From IMG/VR virus record IMGVR_UViG_3300033463_000038, positions 1 to 64,000 of that record: DNA of 64,000 nucleotides; one strand, given 5' to 3'. Shown one piece after another: positions 18,529-28,597 of the stretch (positions are counted from its first letter, which is position 1; each line of letters starts with the position of its first letter). A program made the translations under genes and the position numbers. The notes beneath the pieces were generated by a model that did not search any database, was not told where the DNA came from, and worked only from the letters and a program-made list of their open reading frames with translations. The DNA is from a virus (taxonomy: Duplodnaviria > Caudoviricetes).

Positions 18529-19323
18529 ATGCTAGACAGCAGATTCATATATGATGTAGATGCTACGACTCTTCCTCTATCGAAAGAGCTATTGAAATCT
18601 TGCATAAACAGCAAGCCTATATACGCTTATGTTCTATGCAAGTACGAAGACCTGATCACTACGATAAACACTATCAATCATGCCGAAGAGATCAATGGCA
18701 CTCTGAATGGGCAGATGCTTTTCGATAGCATCAACAACCCAGTAACGAGTTTCGACTGCGTGATCAAGATCGAAGGTTTGAAGAAATCTGACGACAACTA
18801 CCTGGATCACGTCATCCGTTCTAACGACGACTGCACTTGGACTGACTTCCGTACGTACTCGAAATCTCTCAGAAAAGAGATATGCGGTCTAAAGTCCACG
18901 ATTTTCAGAAAATCTCTATGGAATCGTGACTCTATAGATACTTGGTTCAGCGTAAACAAAATCGATCTGCCAGACGAGGTCAAGAATTCATTGGCGACTG
19001 ACTGGGAGTTGTTTTTGGATACCGTGCTGAGAAGCTCAGATCGTGACTCGTACATCTCTTCATGCTCGGACGACAGCAAGAAGCTATATGCCGACTTGAT
19101 CAACAAGAACGCTAAGAACTTGTTCGACCGATACAGAGTTGAGCTAATGGCACACGCTCAACAGCAGAACAAGAACGACGAGACTGTAGTCGTGATCAAA
19201 CCAGTCGTAAGCAAGATCTACATCATGTCGAACAACTACGCAAAGTGCCAGAGAGACTGGCCTACGCTTAGAGTCTCACCACTAAATAAGAAAAGCTTAG
19301 AAACACTGGGGCTGTATCTGTGA
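18529..19323 (+). CDS. hypothetical protein
   Basis: GATAAATA late-like box 4 nt before ATG. Confidence 0.75.
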   Translation: MLDSRFIYDVDATTLPLSKELLKSCINSKPIYAYVLCKYEDLITTINTINHAEEINGTLNGQMLFDSINNPVTSFDCVIKIEGLKKSDDNYLDHVIRSNDDCTWTDFRTYSKSLRKEICGLKSTIFRKSLWNRDSIDTWFSVNKIDLPDEVKNSLATDWELFLDTVLRSSDRDSYISSCSDDSKKLYADLINKNAKNLFDRYRVELMAHAQQQNKNDETVVVIKPVVSKIYIMSNNYAKCQRDWPTLRVSPLNKKSLETLGLYL

Positions 19324-20150
19324 TTCCAATCAAGACATTCGTACCAACTATAGAACCGAGAGAATATGATGCCGTGAACGACATCACGTATCTCGACAAC
19401 TCATACGGCGACTCGATGTGCAAGAAATACAATCGAGCTATCGACATGATCGGAGATTATCAGGGCTGGGTTTGCTTCAGGCATGACGACCTCGAAATTC
19501 GTACTCCAGCAGACATCGTACAGGCTAGACTGAGACAAGCTTACGAGAAGAACCAAGTCATCGCTGGAGTCATCGGAACATTCAATCTGGATTATCTCAT
19601 GCACTGGTGGTACCCTGACCGCGAAGTCAACGGCTGCGGATACATCCTACAGAAAGTGCTAGACGAGAACAAGAAGCCAGTCGTACCAGAGAAGACGTAC
19701 GAGATGAAGGAATGGGCTGGTTTTCACGACGGAGTAGCTACAGTAGACGGCTGCGTCATGTGGATCCACACTGACGCGTTCAAGCATATCCGTTTCGACG
19801 AGAAGATCAAGGGATATCACTTCTACGATGTAGATATCTGCCTGCAAGCGCTCAGAGAGCATCTTGGCGTATGCACAGTTCCCATCGTAGCATGTCACGA
19901 ATCTGCTGGAGATTTCGACAAGAAAGAAATGGACAAATTGAGAGTGTACGTATTCGACAAATGGTCGAGAATCGCTAACACTTTTCCGATCAACAAATAT
20001 TCGATGTTTAGGAGGGATGATGAAATTGAGATTCCTGGAATTTCTGACGGAGAATCAGAACAGCCAAGCGCAGAACCCGCTGAACGAGAAAGAAAACCTG
20101 ATTCAGCTAAGGGACAACTTCAAAAAGGTCTTTCCGTATTCGGACTATAA
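19320..20150 (+). CDS. GT-A (family 2-like) glycosyltransferase
   Basis: YNRAI, FRHDD, AGVIG, VATVDG, FDE..GYHFYDVDICLQ, H.S.G. Confidence 0.8.
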   Translation: MIPIKTFVPTIEPREYDAVNDITYLDNSYGDSMCKKYNRAIDMIGDYQGWVCFRHDDLEIRTPADIVQARLRQAYEKNQVIAGVIGTFNLDYLMHWWYPDREVNGCGYILQKVLDENKKPVVPEKTYEMKEWAGFHDGVATVDGCVMWIHTDAFKHIRFDEKIKGYHFYDVDICLQALREHLGVCTVPIVACHESAGDFDKKEMDKLRVYVFDKWSRIANTFPINKYSMFRRDDEIEIPGISDGESEQPSAEPAERERKPDSAKGQLQKGLSVFGL

Positions 20151-20508
20151 GAATATACGCATCATCTCTTCCTCTACCAAAGGAAAGGATACGCTCACGT
20201 TGATCTGCAGCGGCATTATCGAATCCAGAGATCAGGCTGCTCCATACAAGGTGCTAGTTCAGTTCCATAGAAAGACCATAGAAGAGCCCTGGACGATCAA
20301 TTCTGTAGCTGAAGTCAAGTGTACGTGCAACGCATTCCGCTACAACGTCGCATATCCGCTCTACAAGAGCAAGAACTACGCAGGTAGAGTGCCAGGAAAC
20401 TCCACAATTCCTAACAGGGTAGTCAACGCTAAACAGATCCCAACTTTCTGTAAGCACATTTACGCTTACTTGAGATATCTTATCCAACAGAAAATCATAT
20501 CACTGTAA
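20017..20508 (+). CDS. SWIM-type zinc-finger protein
   Basis: VKCTCNAF...FCKHI. Confidence 0.7.
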   Translation: MMKLRFLEFLTENQNSQAQNPLNEKENLIQLRDNFKKVFPYSDYKNIRIISSSTKGKDTLTLICSGIIESRDQAAPYKVLVQFHRKTIEEPWTINSVAEVKCTCNAFRYNVAYPLYKSKNYAGRVPGNSTIPNRVVNAKQIPTFCKHIYAYLRYLIQQKIISL

Positions 20509-20529
20509 TTTTACTAAATTTTAACTGTT

Positions 20530-22023
20530 ATGAGCAAGAAGAGCAAATTTCTGAAAACTGGAACAAGCGAAAAAGAAAATCAGGTCAGCGAAGCTACATT
20601 GTCCGAAGTGCTTGAAGATAACATCAAAGAGTACGGCATGTCTGTCATCGAAGATCGAATGATCCCGTCAATTAGAGACGGATTGAAGCCGTCTCAGCGC
20701 CGCCTCTTGAAGGCTATGTACGACTTGAAGGCTTGGAACACATCTCCAACTGTAAAGTCGGCTAGAGTCACTGGCGACTGCATGGGCAAGTATCATCCGC
20801 ACTCTGAAGCTTATGGCGCACTGGGCGGTCTAGTGAATCAGACCTACAGTCTAGTTCAGGGTCAGGGAAACTGGGGAAGCCTCGATGACGAGCCAGCAGC
20901 GCCGAGATACACCGAGTGCCGTTTCAGCAAGCTCGGTCAGAGATGCTTCGAGAGCTACGAAGTCGCTGACGAAGTTCCTAACTTCTCTGGCGAGTATATG
21001 GAGCCAATCGACATTCCGATGGACTTCCCGCTATTCTTCGTCAACGGAGGAAAGGGTATCGGCGTGGCTGTTCGTCTAGAGACGCTCGACCACAACCTTG
21101 AAGAGATCGTAAACGCTCTCAAGATCGTCCTGAAGAAGGGCGAGAAGACTAAGATGGAAGATCTGTTCAAAGTCTTTCACGGTCCCGACTCTGTCTACGG
21201 AGGAAAGCTGCTCACTTCCAAAGAAGAATTGAAGAGCATTTACGAAACTGGCACTGGCAAGGTCTCTTACGAGTGCGACTACACGATCACTCCGCAGGGC
21301 AGAGACAAGTATCTGCTCACTGTGACTGGGTACTGCCCTGGCTTCAAGCCGTCAAAGTTCCAAAACGCTATGATCAAGCTGATGACTGGCGAGAAGTGCG
21401 TGCTAGACGCTAACGACGCTAGCGATAAAGAGAACAAGTGCAATTTCCAAGTCGTCTATCAGGGCGAAGACACTTTCGAAAATAAGATCCACAAGAATCT
21501 GATCTGCTCACAGGCTGTTCAATACTACGCGCTCGATCGTCAGAAGAGCAAGAACCCCGAATTGAGAGACATCGACACGGTTCTCATCCAGAAGTCATTC
21601 ATCGAGTACATGAGAATCTGGCTCGACTGGAGAAGAGAGCAAGAGGGTAACCTTCTCGATATTCGCGCAAAAGAGCTTGACGACAAGATGTTCCATGTCG
21701 AGTGCCGTATGTGCGCCGCAGAGAATCTGAAGGTCATTCAGGCTGCTCTGAACGCCGATGACGCTGAGTCTCACTTGATGAACAATCTGCCGTATCTCAT
21801 GGGTCATCCGAGAGCGAAAGAGGGTGCAGAATATGTTCTCGACCTGAAGATCGGATCCATCAAGAAGACAGATATGCAGAAGATGCGCCTAGAGTTCGGC
21901 GCACTCGATCAAGAGCTGCAGCGCGTCAAGAAGGACAAGAACGACATCGACAAGGTCGTAGCTAGAAAGCTTGACTCGCTGAAGGAGTTCTTCAAGCCGA
22001 GAATGCTCAAAGTCCAAGATTAG
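20530..22023 (+). CDS. gyrA: type IIA topoisomerase cleavage subunit (GyrA/ParC-like, no C-terminal pinwheel)
   Basis: DGLKPSQRR, KSARVTGDCMGKYHPH, GQGNWGS, AAPRYTE (catalytic Tyr), NGG.GIGV, GPD; 497 aa. Confidence 0.93.
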   Translation: MSKKSKFLKTGTSEKENQVSEATLSEVLEDNIKEYGMSVIEDRMIPSIRDGLKPSQRRLLKAMYDLKAWNTSPTVKSARVTGDCMGKYHPHSEAYGALGGLVNQTYSLVQGQGNWGSLDDEPAAPRYTECRFSKLGQRCFESYEVADEVPNFSGEYMEPIDIPMDFPLFFVNGGKGIGVAVRLETLDHNLEEIVNALKIVLKKGEKTKMEDLFKVFHGPDSVYGGKLLTSKEELKSIYETGTGKVSYECDYTITPQGRDKYLLTVTGYCPGFKPSKFQNAMIKLMTGEKCVLDANDASDKENKCNFQVVYQGEDTFENKIHKNLICSQAVQYYALDRQKSKNPELRDIDTVLIQKSFIEYMRIWLDWRREQEGNLLDIRAKELDDKMFHVECRMCAAENLKVIQAALNADDAESHLMNNLPYLMGHPRAKEGAEYVLDLKIGSIKKTDMQKMRLEFGALDQELQRVKKDKNDIDKVVARKLDSLKEFFKPRMLKVQD

Positions 22024-22049
22024 AATTTGTCATATACCTCCTAAGACCT

Positions 22050-22078
22050 AGGCTCGGGTGAAATATCCCGAGCCTTTT
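22050..22078 (+). terminator. intrinsic terminator
   Basis: AGGCTCGGG-tgaaatat-CCCGAGCCT-TTT. Confidence 0.85.
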
Positions 22079-22124
22079 ACGTTTTTCTCAATAAATATCT
22101 CATAACTAACCAGCGTGGTCAACT

Positions 22125-22871
22125 ATGAGTATCGAGACATCAATTGACGCTCTCTGTCGCGAATTCGACATCGAAGACAGAAGAGCCGATGAAAAAGCTA
22201 AACCTACACTTCCTGATCCAGTCGAAGAAGTAGCAGCAGTTGAGCCCGAAGAGCCAGTTGCGCAAGATCCGATGAGTTTCCTTGAAGAGGAGACAGGCGA
22301 TCTAGTGAAAGCAGTTCCAGAAGATGACGAGGACGAGGAAGACGAGAACGGTGGACACGGTCCATCGGTTGCCGACTTGAAGAAGAAAGCTCAAGAAGAC
22401 AACAAAGAGATCGTCAAGTTAGAAGCCGAAGTCAAGCTCAAGACCATGACTCAGCGTTATGACCTTGAAGACAAGGCATACATGAAAGCTCAGCTCAAGT
22501 CTCTGATCTCCGACAACAGGACAGTGATGGAAGTGATCGAGTCGCAGCTGAAGATAGGCACGAATCCGCACCTGTTCGACACTTACGCTACTCTGTCTAA
22601 AGTCGTGGCTGACAACGTGATGCGTCTAGCTAAGATCGACCAGATGGTAACCGACTACAAGGTCGTAGAGGACAAGGGTAACGGCAACATCAAGCAGGAC
22701 GTCATCAAAGAGCAGCAAGAAGCCGCAGCTGCTGGCCAGGGCGGTGGAAACACGTACATCCAGAACAACCTCTGCTTCGCATCTGACGAGATTCTCAAGA
22801 TGGTCAAGAAAGTTCTTCCTCCGCAGCAGAAAGTCACGATGGAAGATCTGCCGAAATTCGATCTCACCTAA
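22125..22871 (+). CDS. gp16: terminase small subunit (gp16-like) with acidic N-terminal extension
   Basis: P.LFDTYATL.K.VAD..M.L..I ... QNNL.F.S.EILKM pattern of gp16 family. Confidence 0.6.
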   Translation: MSIETSIDALCREFDIEDRRADEKAKPTLPDPVEEVAAVEPEEPVAQDPMSFLEEETGDLVKAVPEDDEDEEDENGGHGPSVADLKKKAQEDNKEIVKLEAEVKLKTMTQRYDLEDKAYMKAQLKSLISDNRTVMEVIESQLKIGTNPHLFDTYATLSKVVADNVMRLAKIDQMVTDYKVVEDKGNGNIKQDVIKEQQEAAAAGQGGGNTYIQNNLCFASDEILKMVKKVLPPQQKVTMEDLPKFDLT

Positions 22872-22904
22872 GAAAACGCAAATAAATAAAACTATAAGAC
22901 TATC

Positions 22905-23228
22905 ATGGGTAGACCTCTTTACACAAGATTCTCGATTTTCTATCGCATCAGCAGGAAAGATGAGTTCCTTCGTAAGCTGATCATGAGCCTGTGCAATCGC
23001 AACGACCTGTCAGACTACGAAGTTCTATACGACATGTACTCTAGAACTTTCGACATCATAGCAGACGCGATAAAGAATCACGACAAGAAACGCATCATGA
23101 TGTTGATAATGAACGAGAATTGCGAGGCTAAGCTGAATCGACGAATTTACGACTACTTAGTATGCGCAAATACGTTCAAGCTGTCGAAGAAGAATTTGGA
23201 AGAGACCTTGGAAAATCAGGAGTTTTAA
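22905..23228 (+). CDS. hypothetical late protein
   Basis: AATAAATA upstream. Confidence 0.7.
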   Translation: MGRPLYTRFSIFYRISRKDEFLRKLIMSLCNRNDLSDYEVLYDMYSRTFDIIADAIKNHDKKRIMMLIMNENCEAKLNRRIYDYLVCANTFKLSKKNLEETLENQEF

Positions 23229-23230
23229 GC

Positions 23231-23950
23231 ATGGAAATGAATCTAGAATCGATCAAGAAATATGTCAACGAGACGGTTGAGCCTGTCGATTTCGTCAAGC
23301 TTTTGACAGAAGCTGAACCAGAGGATGGTCCAGAAGAAGATCTCGGTGGAGACGACGGTCCTTCTGACGACGATGGCGATTTCGGCGGTGATGACGATAT
23401 CGGCGGTTCAGATGACTTTGGAGGTCTAGACGACGGTGGAGATTTTGGCGGAGGCGGTCCATCTGGCGGTCCTCACGGAGATTCCGGAGAAGACCTAGGT
23501 GATGAAGAAGAGGCTGTCGGAGATGCCCGATTCGCTGACCGTGAAGACGATCCAGACTTCGTAGGCGGTTCTAACGAAGAAGGAAGCGCTGCTGAAGGAA
23601 AGCCATCTGGAGCAATGATCTATGACACCGAAGGAGTTCTCGACAGCATCAACAACACTATCAACGCTAGTGACGTCAATCTCGCTGAGATCGACAAGGC
23701 TAAGAACGTACTTGAAGTGATCGCGAACGGAAAGAAGCTTAAACCAGAAGATTTTGACGATATTCAAGATTTTCAGAGTTTCTCCGATATCATCAACAGA
23801 TCTCTGTTCCAGACTGACGACAAGACTCAGAACTACTTCAAGCTGAAGATCAAGTCTGCTATCCTGGCTATCCAGAATCAGAACAAGATCGACGCTGCTA
23901 AGAAGGCTGGAGAAGTCGATACGCTTCGTGATTTGGCTTCAAAATTCTAG
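23231..23950 (+). CDS. acidic G/D-rich protein, putative prohead core component
   Basis: Directly upstream of scaffold; LTE/VNE motifs; start reassigned to 23231. Confidence 0.5.
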   Translation: MEMNLESIKKYVNETVEPVDFVKLLTEAEPEDGPEEDLGGDDGPSDDDGDFGGDDDIGGSDDFGGLDDGGDFGGGGPSGGPHGDSGEDLGDEEEAVGDARFADREDDPDFVGGSNEEGSAAEGKPSGAMIYDTEGVLDSINNTINASDVNLAEIDKAKNVLEVIANGKKLKPEDFDDIQDFQSFSDIINRSLFQTDDKTQNYFKLKIKSAILAIQNQNKIDAAKKAGEVDTLRDLASKF

Positions 23951-24073
23951 AAATTCACGATAAATAGAGAGAAAAGTTGACGTTTCTCACAAGAATTGTT
24001 GACTTTTCTCATGAAAAAAGCAAATTTTCAGAGAAAATTCTGAAATATATAAATCATAAGCCGGAGGAAATAA

Positions 24074-25090
24074 ATGGATAAAATCGCAGAAAAGCTCCAA
24101 GCGCTAGGCGTCTCAGAAGAAGACTTGGCTATTGTCAAGGAATCTTTTGACGAAGCTGTGGAAGCTAGAGTTAAAGCTGAAACCAATCTTATTTCCGAGA
24201 AAGCAGAGGAATACATCGCAAGAGAAGTTGACAAGAGAGCTGCAGAAAAGGAAGCAGAGCTTGGCAAACTCTCAGAGAAGTATCTCGACATCAAGACGGC
24301 AACAATCGCTAAGAACGCTGCTATGGCTCTTGATGAAGAAAAGAAGAAGATCGAAGATGCTTGTGCTAAGTACATCGAAGAGAACTTCGAAAAGGCTTTC
24401 GCGGAAAAATACGAACAGGAATTGGCTTTGATGGAAGAGTCTATCCTCGCGCAGCTTGACGACTATCTTGACTACGCTATCGTCGAGAACATCTCTCCCG
24501 ATATCATCAAGAATGCAGCTGTCAACGAGACATTCGCTCCTATCATCAAGGGAATCCAGAACCTCTATCAAGAACAGTTTGTTCCTCTCAACACATCTGG
24601 CCAGAAGAAGCTCAAGGAAGCTCAGGCACACGCTGCTCAGCTCGAAGAGACTCTCGCTGCTCAGATCCAAGAGAACATGAACCTCACCAACATGTCTGAG
24701 AAGTACGCTAAGCGCGCTCTGATCGCAGAAAAGGTCGCTGACCTTCCGGCTGCTGACAGAAACAACGTCAGAAAGTTCTTCGCCGAGAAGTCTTTCGCTA
24801 CTACTAAGTCAGACATCGATTCTTACTGCAACATGCTCAAGGAGTCTGCAAAGAGAATCGAAGAGGCAAGAGAACAGGCCATTCGAGAGAGCAAGGTTCA
24901 GATGACTGCTCCGAAGAGCATCGTCGCGGAATCCTCAAGACCGAGACCTAGGTCTTTCGTGAAGTCCTATTCTGAGGACAACACTCCAGACTTCGTAAAC
25001 GAACGTATCAAATCACACAAACAGTCCAGACGCTTGGACGAAAGCAGCGACGAGTACCTCACCTCAGTGGCTAAGTACTGCGAGCTGTAA
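24074..25090 (+). CDS. gp22: prohead core scaffold protein
   Basis: F.EAVE, LDDYLDYA, E.F....I..L...F, coiled coil; immediately before MCP. Confidence 0.8.
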   Translation: MDKIAEKLQALGVSEEDLAIVKESFDEAVEARVKAETNLISEKAEEYIAREVDKRAAEKEAELGKLSEKYLDIKTATIAKNAAMALDEEKKKIEDACAKYIEENFEKAFAEKYEQELALMEESILAQLDDYLDYAIVENISPDIIKNAAVNETFAPIIKGIQNLYQEQFVPLNTSGQKKLKEAQAHAAQLEETLAAQIQENMNLTNMSEKYAKRALIAEKVADLPAADRNNVRKFFAEKSFATTKSDIDSYCNMLKESAKRIEEAREQAIRESKVQMTAPKSIVAESSRPRPRSFVKSYSEDNTPDFVNERIKSHKQSRRLDESSDEYLTSVAKYCEL

Positions 25091-25120
25091 GGAATAAGAA
25101 TTTTCAAGGAGTAAAAGAGA

Positions 25121-26464
25121 ATGAAAATCCTAAATTCACAGAAGACAATCACTGAGGCATGGAGCGAAAAGCCAAATGCACTCTCTGTTGCATCTATTCA
25201 GGACAAGTATATTCGTGCTAACACTGCAAAGTTGCTTGAAAACCAGGACCGCTGGGTCAAGAAGGGCATGAGACTTGACGAAGACTTCAGCATGGGCGTT
25301 GCTGGTGCTACTGGTCTCAACCAGGGCATTCCGCATGGTGGCCCGGGTAAGGGCGTTCTTCCGAACATCTCTATGGCTATCGTCCGTAGAGCATTCCCGG
25401 AAATGTTCGCAAACGTACTCGTCGGTGTTCAGCCTATGGCCGGTCCGGTGTCTCTCGCTTGCGCAGTCCGCAGAATCTACAAGACCTCGAATCCTCAAGA
25501 AATCATCGAAGCTGCTTGGAAGCACGTCGCTCGCTTCTCTGGCTTCACTGGCTCTACCGCTAACGCCTCTGGCGAACCGGATGCCGGTACCGCTGTCGAG
25601 ACTGAAGCTGCAGAACGCTGGAAGCTCGGCGGAGACGCTAACAAGTTTGAGAAGTGGCCGGAACTCGGTCTCATGCTCGCTACGCAGGTCGTGGCAGCTA
25701 AGACCCGTAAGGTCGGATCTAGCTTCTCTATCGAGTCTGCTCAGGACATCGAGTCTATGCAGCACCTCGACATGATGAGCGAGATGATCAAGACCTGTCA
25801 GGAAGAGCTCGTCCAGGAAACCGACCGTGAGACTATCGCTCACTGTAAGGCTCTCTGCACACCGAAAACCTACAAGTTCGCGGAAGGCACTACGAGTGGA
25901 TCTCCTAACGATCCGAACCTCGCAGGCTTCGGCGACGGCTGGAATGGCCGTTGGTCTCAGGAAAGACTCGCAAACATCGTCGCTAAGCTCATTGGCGCTT
26001 CGAACAACATCCGTACCAGCACTCGTACCAGCTCTGGTAACATCGCTGTCGTATCTCCGGACATCGCAACTGCTCTGCAGATCGCTGCTCCGAACTTCAG
26101 CAAGATCGTTACAAACGTCAACGGTAGCTCTGCAACCGCAGCTGCAGGTACTCTAAACGGAAACATCAAGGTCTTCATCGACAACAACGCTGTTGACCCG
26201 ATGACCGGTATCGATAACGGTGAAGCACTCATCGCATACAAGGGCGAAGGCCTCTCTAACTGCGGTGTGGTATACTGCCCGTACATCACCAGCTTGACAC
26301 TTCAGGCTACTGATCCTCGCGACTTCTCTCCGAGAGTTGGCGTGATGAGCAGATACGCCTTCGCCGACAACATGCTCGGCGCTGAGAACTACTACAGACT
26401 TCTCAGATTCGAAGGACTTGCTTCTAAGGTTGGTTTCGATACTAACGACGAAGGCACTTGGTAA
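25121..26464 (+). CDS. gp23: major capsid protein
   Basis: LLENQ, VRRAFP, VGVQPMAGP, AKTRK, ESAQD, YCPY, DP.DF.PRVG.MSRY. Confidence 0.95.
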   Translation: MKILNSQKTITEAWSEKPNALSVASIQDKYIRANTAKLLENQDRWVKKGMRLDEDFSMGVAGATGLNQGIPHGGPGKGVLPNISMAIVRRAFPEMFANVLVGVQPMAGPVSLACAVRRIYKTSNPQEIIEAAWKHVARFSGFTGSTANASGEPDAGTAVETEAAERWKLGGDANKFEKWPELGLMLATQVVAAKTRKVGSSFSIESAQDIESMQHLDMMSEMIKTCQEELVQETDRETIAHCKALCTPKTYKFAEGTTSGSPNDPNLAGFGDGWNGRWSQERLANIVAKLIGASNNIRTSTRTSSGNIAVVSPDIATALQIAAPNFSKIVTNVNGSSATAAAGTLNGNIKVFIDNNAVDPMTGIDNGEALIAYKGEGLSNCGVVYCPYITSLTLQATDPRDFSPRVGVMSRYAFADNMLGAENYYRLLRFEGLASKVGFDTNDEGTW

Positions 26465-26500
26465 TCAGGGTGAAATTTAACAATAAGGAGAATTTTGACA

Positions 26501-26842
26501 ATGTACAAACTACCTTCTAAGTCACAGTATCACATTGGTAACGACAAGCGAATCCCGGATTCTGCTTTCGTCGCCTCCAGCTATGTTGATGGCATCTACA
26601 CCCAGTTCGCCGAAGGCGTGAACGGCTGGCTGGATGTCCAGGAAACCTTCAAGCTCAATCTCCCGCAGTCCGGTTGGGGCTTCGCAGAAGGCGATCCGAA
26701 GGCAGCACTTGCTTCCGGTCTCGTCACTTCCGCACTCTACACCAGCGGCTACGACAAGGCTACTTCTGACATCGTCAAGAAGCAGTTCCCGCAGATCGAG
26801 ACTTCTGGTCGTTCCGACTATGTCGGTATCGAGCAGGCTTAA
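26501..26842 (+). CDS. putative capsid decoration protein
   Basis: Co-transcribed after MCP with strong SD and highly biased codons; shares N-terminal domain with 44381-44668. Confidence 0.55.
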   Translation: MYKLPSKSQYHIGNDKRIPDSAFVASSYVDGIYTQFAEGVNGWLDVQETFKLNLPQSGWGFAEGDPKAALASGLVTSALYTSGYDKATSDIVKKQFPQIETSGRSDYVGIEQA

Positions 26843-26865
26843 TCGACAAGCTGACCAAACATTCA

Positions 26866-26902
26866 GAAAGAGAGGAAGAATTCTTCCTCTCTTTTCTTTT
26901 TT
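26866..26902. terminator. bidirectional intrinsic terminator
   Basis: AGAAAGAGAGGAAGAATTCTTCCTCTCTTTTCTTTT between convergent genes. Confidence 0.8.
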
Positions 26903-26930
26903 GTCCAACTTACGATTTGACAAAGTTTCT

Positions 26931-27215
26931 CTAGAGCGCTGCTACGATACGATGAGCACGTTCGATCTGATACTTGTCCCAAGCGGACTTGTTGCGCTTC
27001 CACTTCTTTGTATCAGCGCCAGCGATCCACTTGTAGTCTTCTTCAGAAATCACTTTAGCGTACGAGTTTGACCTCTCGCTCGGCATGCACTGCATTCTCG
27101 TGCCGTCAGTGAATTCAACATACCAACAGCCACATCCCTGCTTGTTCAATCCCTTAGCTGCCATTTTCTTCTTTGTGTGATAGATGTAGATCGGAGAGGA
27201 TACGAATTTTCTCAT
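26931..27215 (-). CDS. hypothetical early protein
   Basis: CAACAAGGA RBS, own early promoter. Confidence 0.75.
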   Translation of the reverse strand: MRKFVSSPIYIYHTKKKMAAKGLNKQGCGCWYVEFTDGTRMQCMPSERSNSYAKVISEEDYKWIAGADTKKWKRNKSAWDKYQIERAHRIVAAL

Positions 27216-27274
27216 AGTTTATTCCTTGTTGATTAGGTCAGTTTTTGATCAACTCTCTTTTGAGTTGTAAAGAT

Positions 27275-27303
27275 AATATACTTTTTTATGAACAATTTCT
27301 AAA
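27275..27303 (-). promoter_or_regulatory. early promoter
   Basis: gTTTAGA-N17-TATATT. Confidence 0.7.
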
Positions 27304-27433
27304 CAGAAATCTTAATTTTTTGAAGTAAAAATAACTTTACAAATATGCTGTGAAAATGGGCTGTGGAGAAATTCAAAAGCCATATAAATTCCTTATATTT
27401 CAACTGAATAAGTAAAAGGAAAATTCCACTAAA

Positions 27434-28597
27434 ATGCTAAAAATAAACAGTGAGAATGACAAGAATTTAGTATTGTTCTACTTAGCCGATAATTCAGGAT
27501 GCAGCCACGTACGATGCCGTTTCTTCGCTGACTATATCAACGCAAACGATTTCGGAATCAAGGCAGTCATCCTTCCAGTGCCAACGTTAGATCCTATCAT
27601 CTTGTCTAAGACTAGAGCAGTAATCTGGCAGAAGCCAGCGACATACAATCATCTGACAGTGATTCAGAAATACAAGGGTTTTCAGAGAAAATACGGCTTC
27701 AAGCTCATCTACGAGCTCGATGACCTGTTCTTCACCTCTCCGATTCGTGGAGAATGTCTACCTCCATACAACATCAGCTATCAGAGAAGAAAAGATCTGA
27801 ATCTCAATGAAGAGATCGAAGATGCTCTTCACCAGATTATCCCGCTATTCGACACAGTCATGTGTTCCACTGACTACTTGAAGAAGGTAGTGATCCAGAA
27901 GTACAATTTCGACAACGTAGTGACAGTCAAGAACACTGTGCCGAGATTTCTCTGGGCTTGCGACAGAAGAAAGCCGATCGAGAAAGACATCGAAAAGCCT
28001 CTCGTTCTGTATTCTGGAGTGTCTGGACATTACAGAAACCCTAAGGGCGAAGGCGATCCGGGAGACTATGGAGACTGGAACTGCGCATTCCGTGAATGGG
28101 TACTCAAGAACGTGATCGACGACAAGATCAACTTCAAGATCATGGGAGATTTCCCGTGGTTCTTCAAGCCTATCGCGCCGAAGATTCAGTTCATCCCTTG
28201 GACTAACTCGTACAACTATCCGAGACGTTGTTGGAGCAGCAAAGCGGACTTTCAGATCGCTCCTCTCGCCGAGAACGAGTTCAACATGGGAAAATCTGCG
28301 CTTCGATTCTACGAGTCTTCAATCGCGGGCATGGGCTTCTTCGGATCTGTGTTCGACACTTCAACTGATTCTCCATACGAAGAGATCTATCCAGAGTGCA
28401 AGATCAAGAATTCAGCTTCAATCGAAGAGCTTGACCAGAAATTCTGGAACATGTGCAAGAGAGACAACTTCAACGACATGATCCGCTGGCAGTACGACAA
28501 TCTTGACAAATCTGGTCTGATTCTAGAATCAACAGACGCTATCAATAGACTTCTGTCAGTCATAGACAGAAATACTTCCCTTCTGGAGTCGATATAA
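27434..28597 (+). CDS. GT-B-type phage glycosyltransferase
   Basis: ADNSGC..VR, YELDDL, STDYLK, N..P, APL.ENEFN.GKS.LRFYE. Confidence 0.75.
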   Translation: MLKINSENDKNLVLFYLADNSGCSHVRCRFFADYINANDFGIKAVILPVPTLDPIILSKTRAVIWQKPATYNHLTVIQKYKGFQRKYGFKLIYELDDLFFTSPIRGECLPPYNISYQRRKDLNLNEEIEDALHQIIPLFDTVMCSTDYLKKVVIQKYNFDNVVTVKNTVPRFLWACDRRKPIEKDIEKPLVLYSGVSGHYRNPKGEGDPGDYGDWNCAFREWVLKNVIDDKINFKIMGDFPWFFKPIAPKIQFIPWTNSYNYPRRCWSSKADFQIAPLAENEFNMGKSALRFYESSIAGMGFFGSVFDTSTDSPYEEIYPECKIKNSASIEELDQKFWNMCKRDNFNDMIRWQYDNLDKSGLILESTDAINRLLSVIDRNTSLLESI

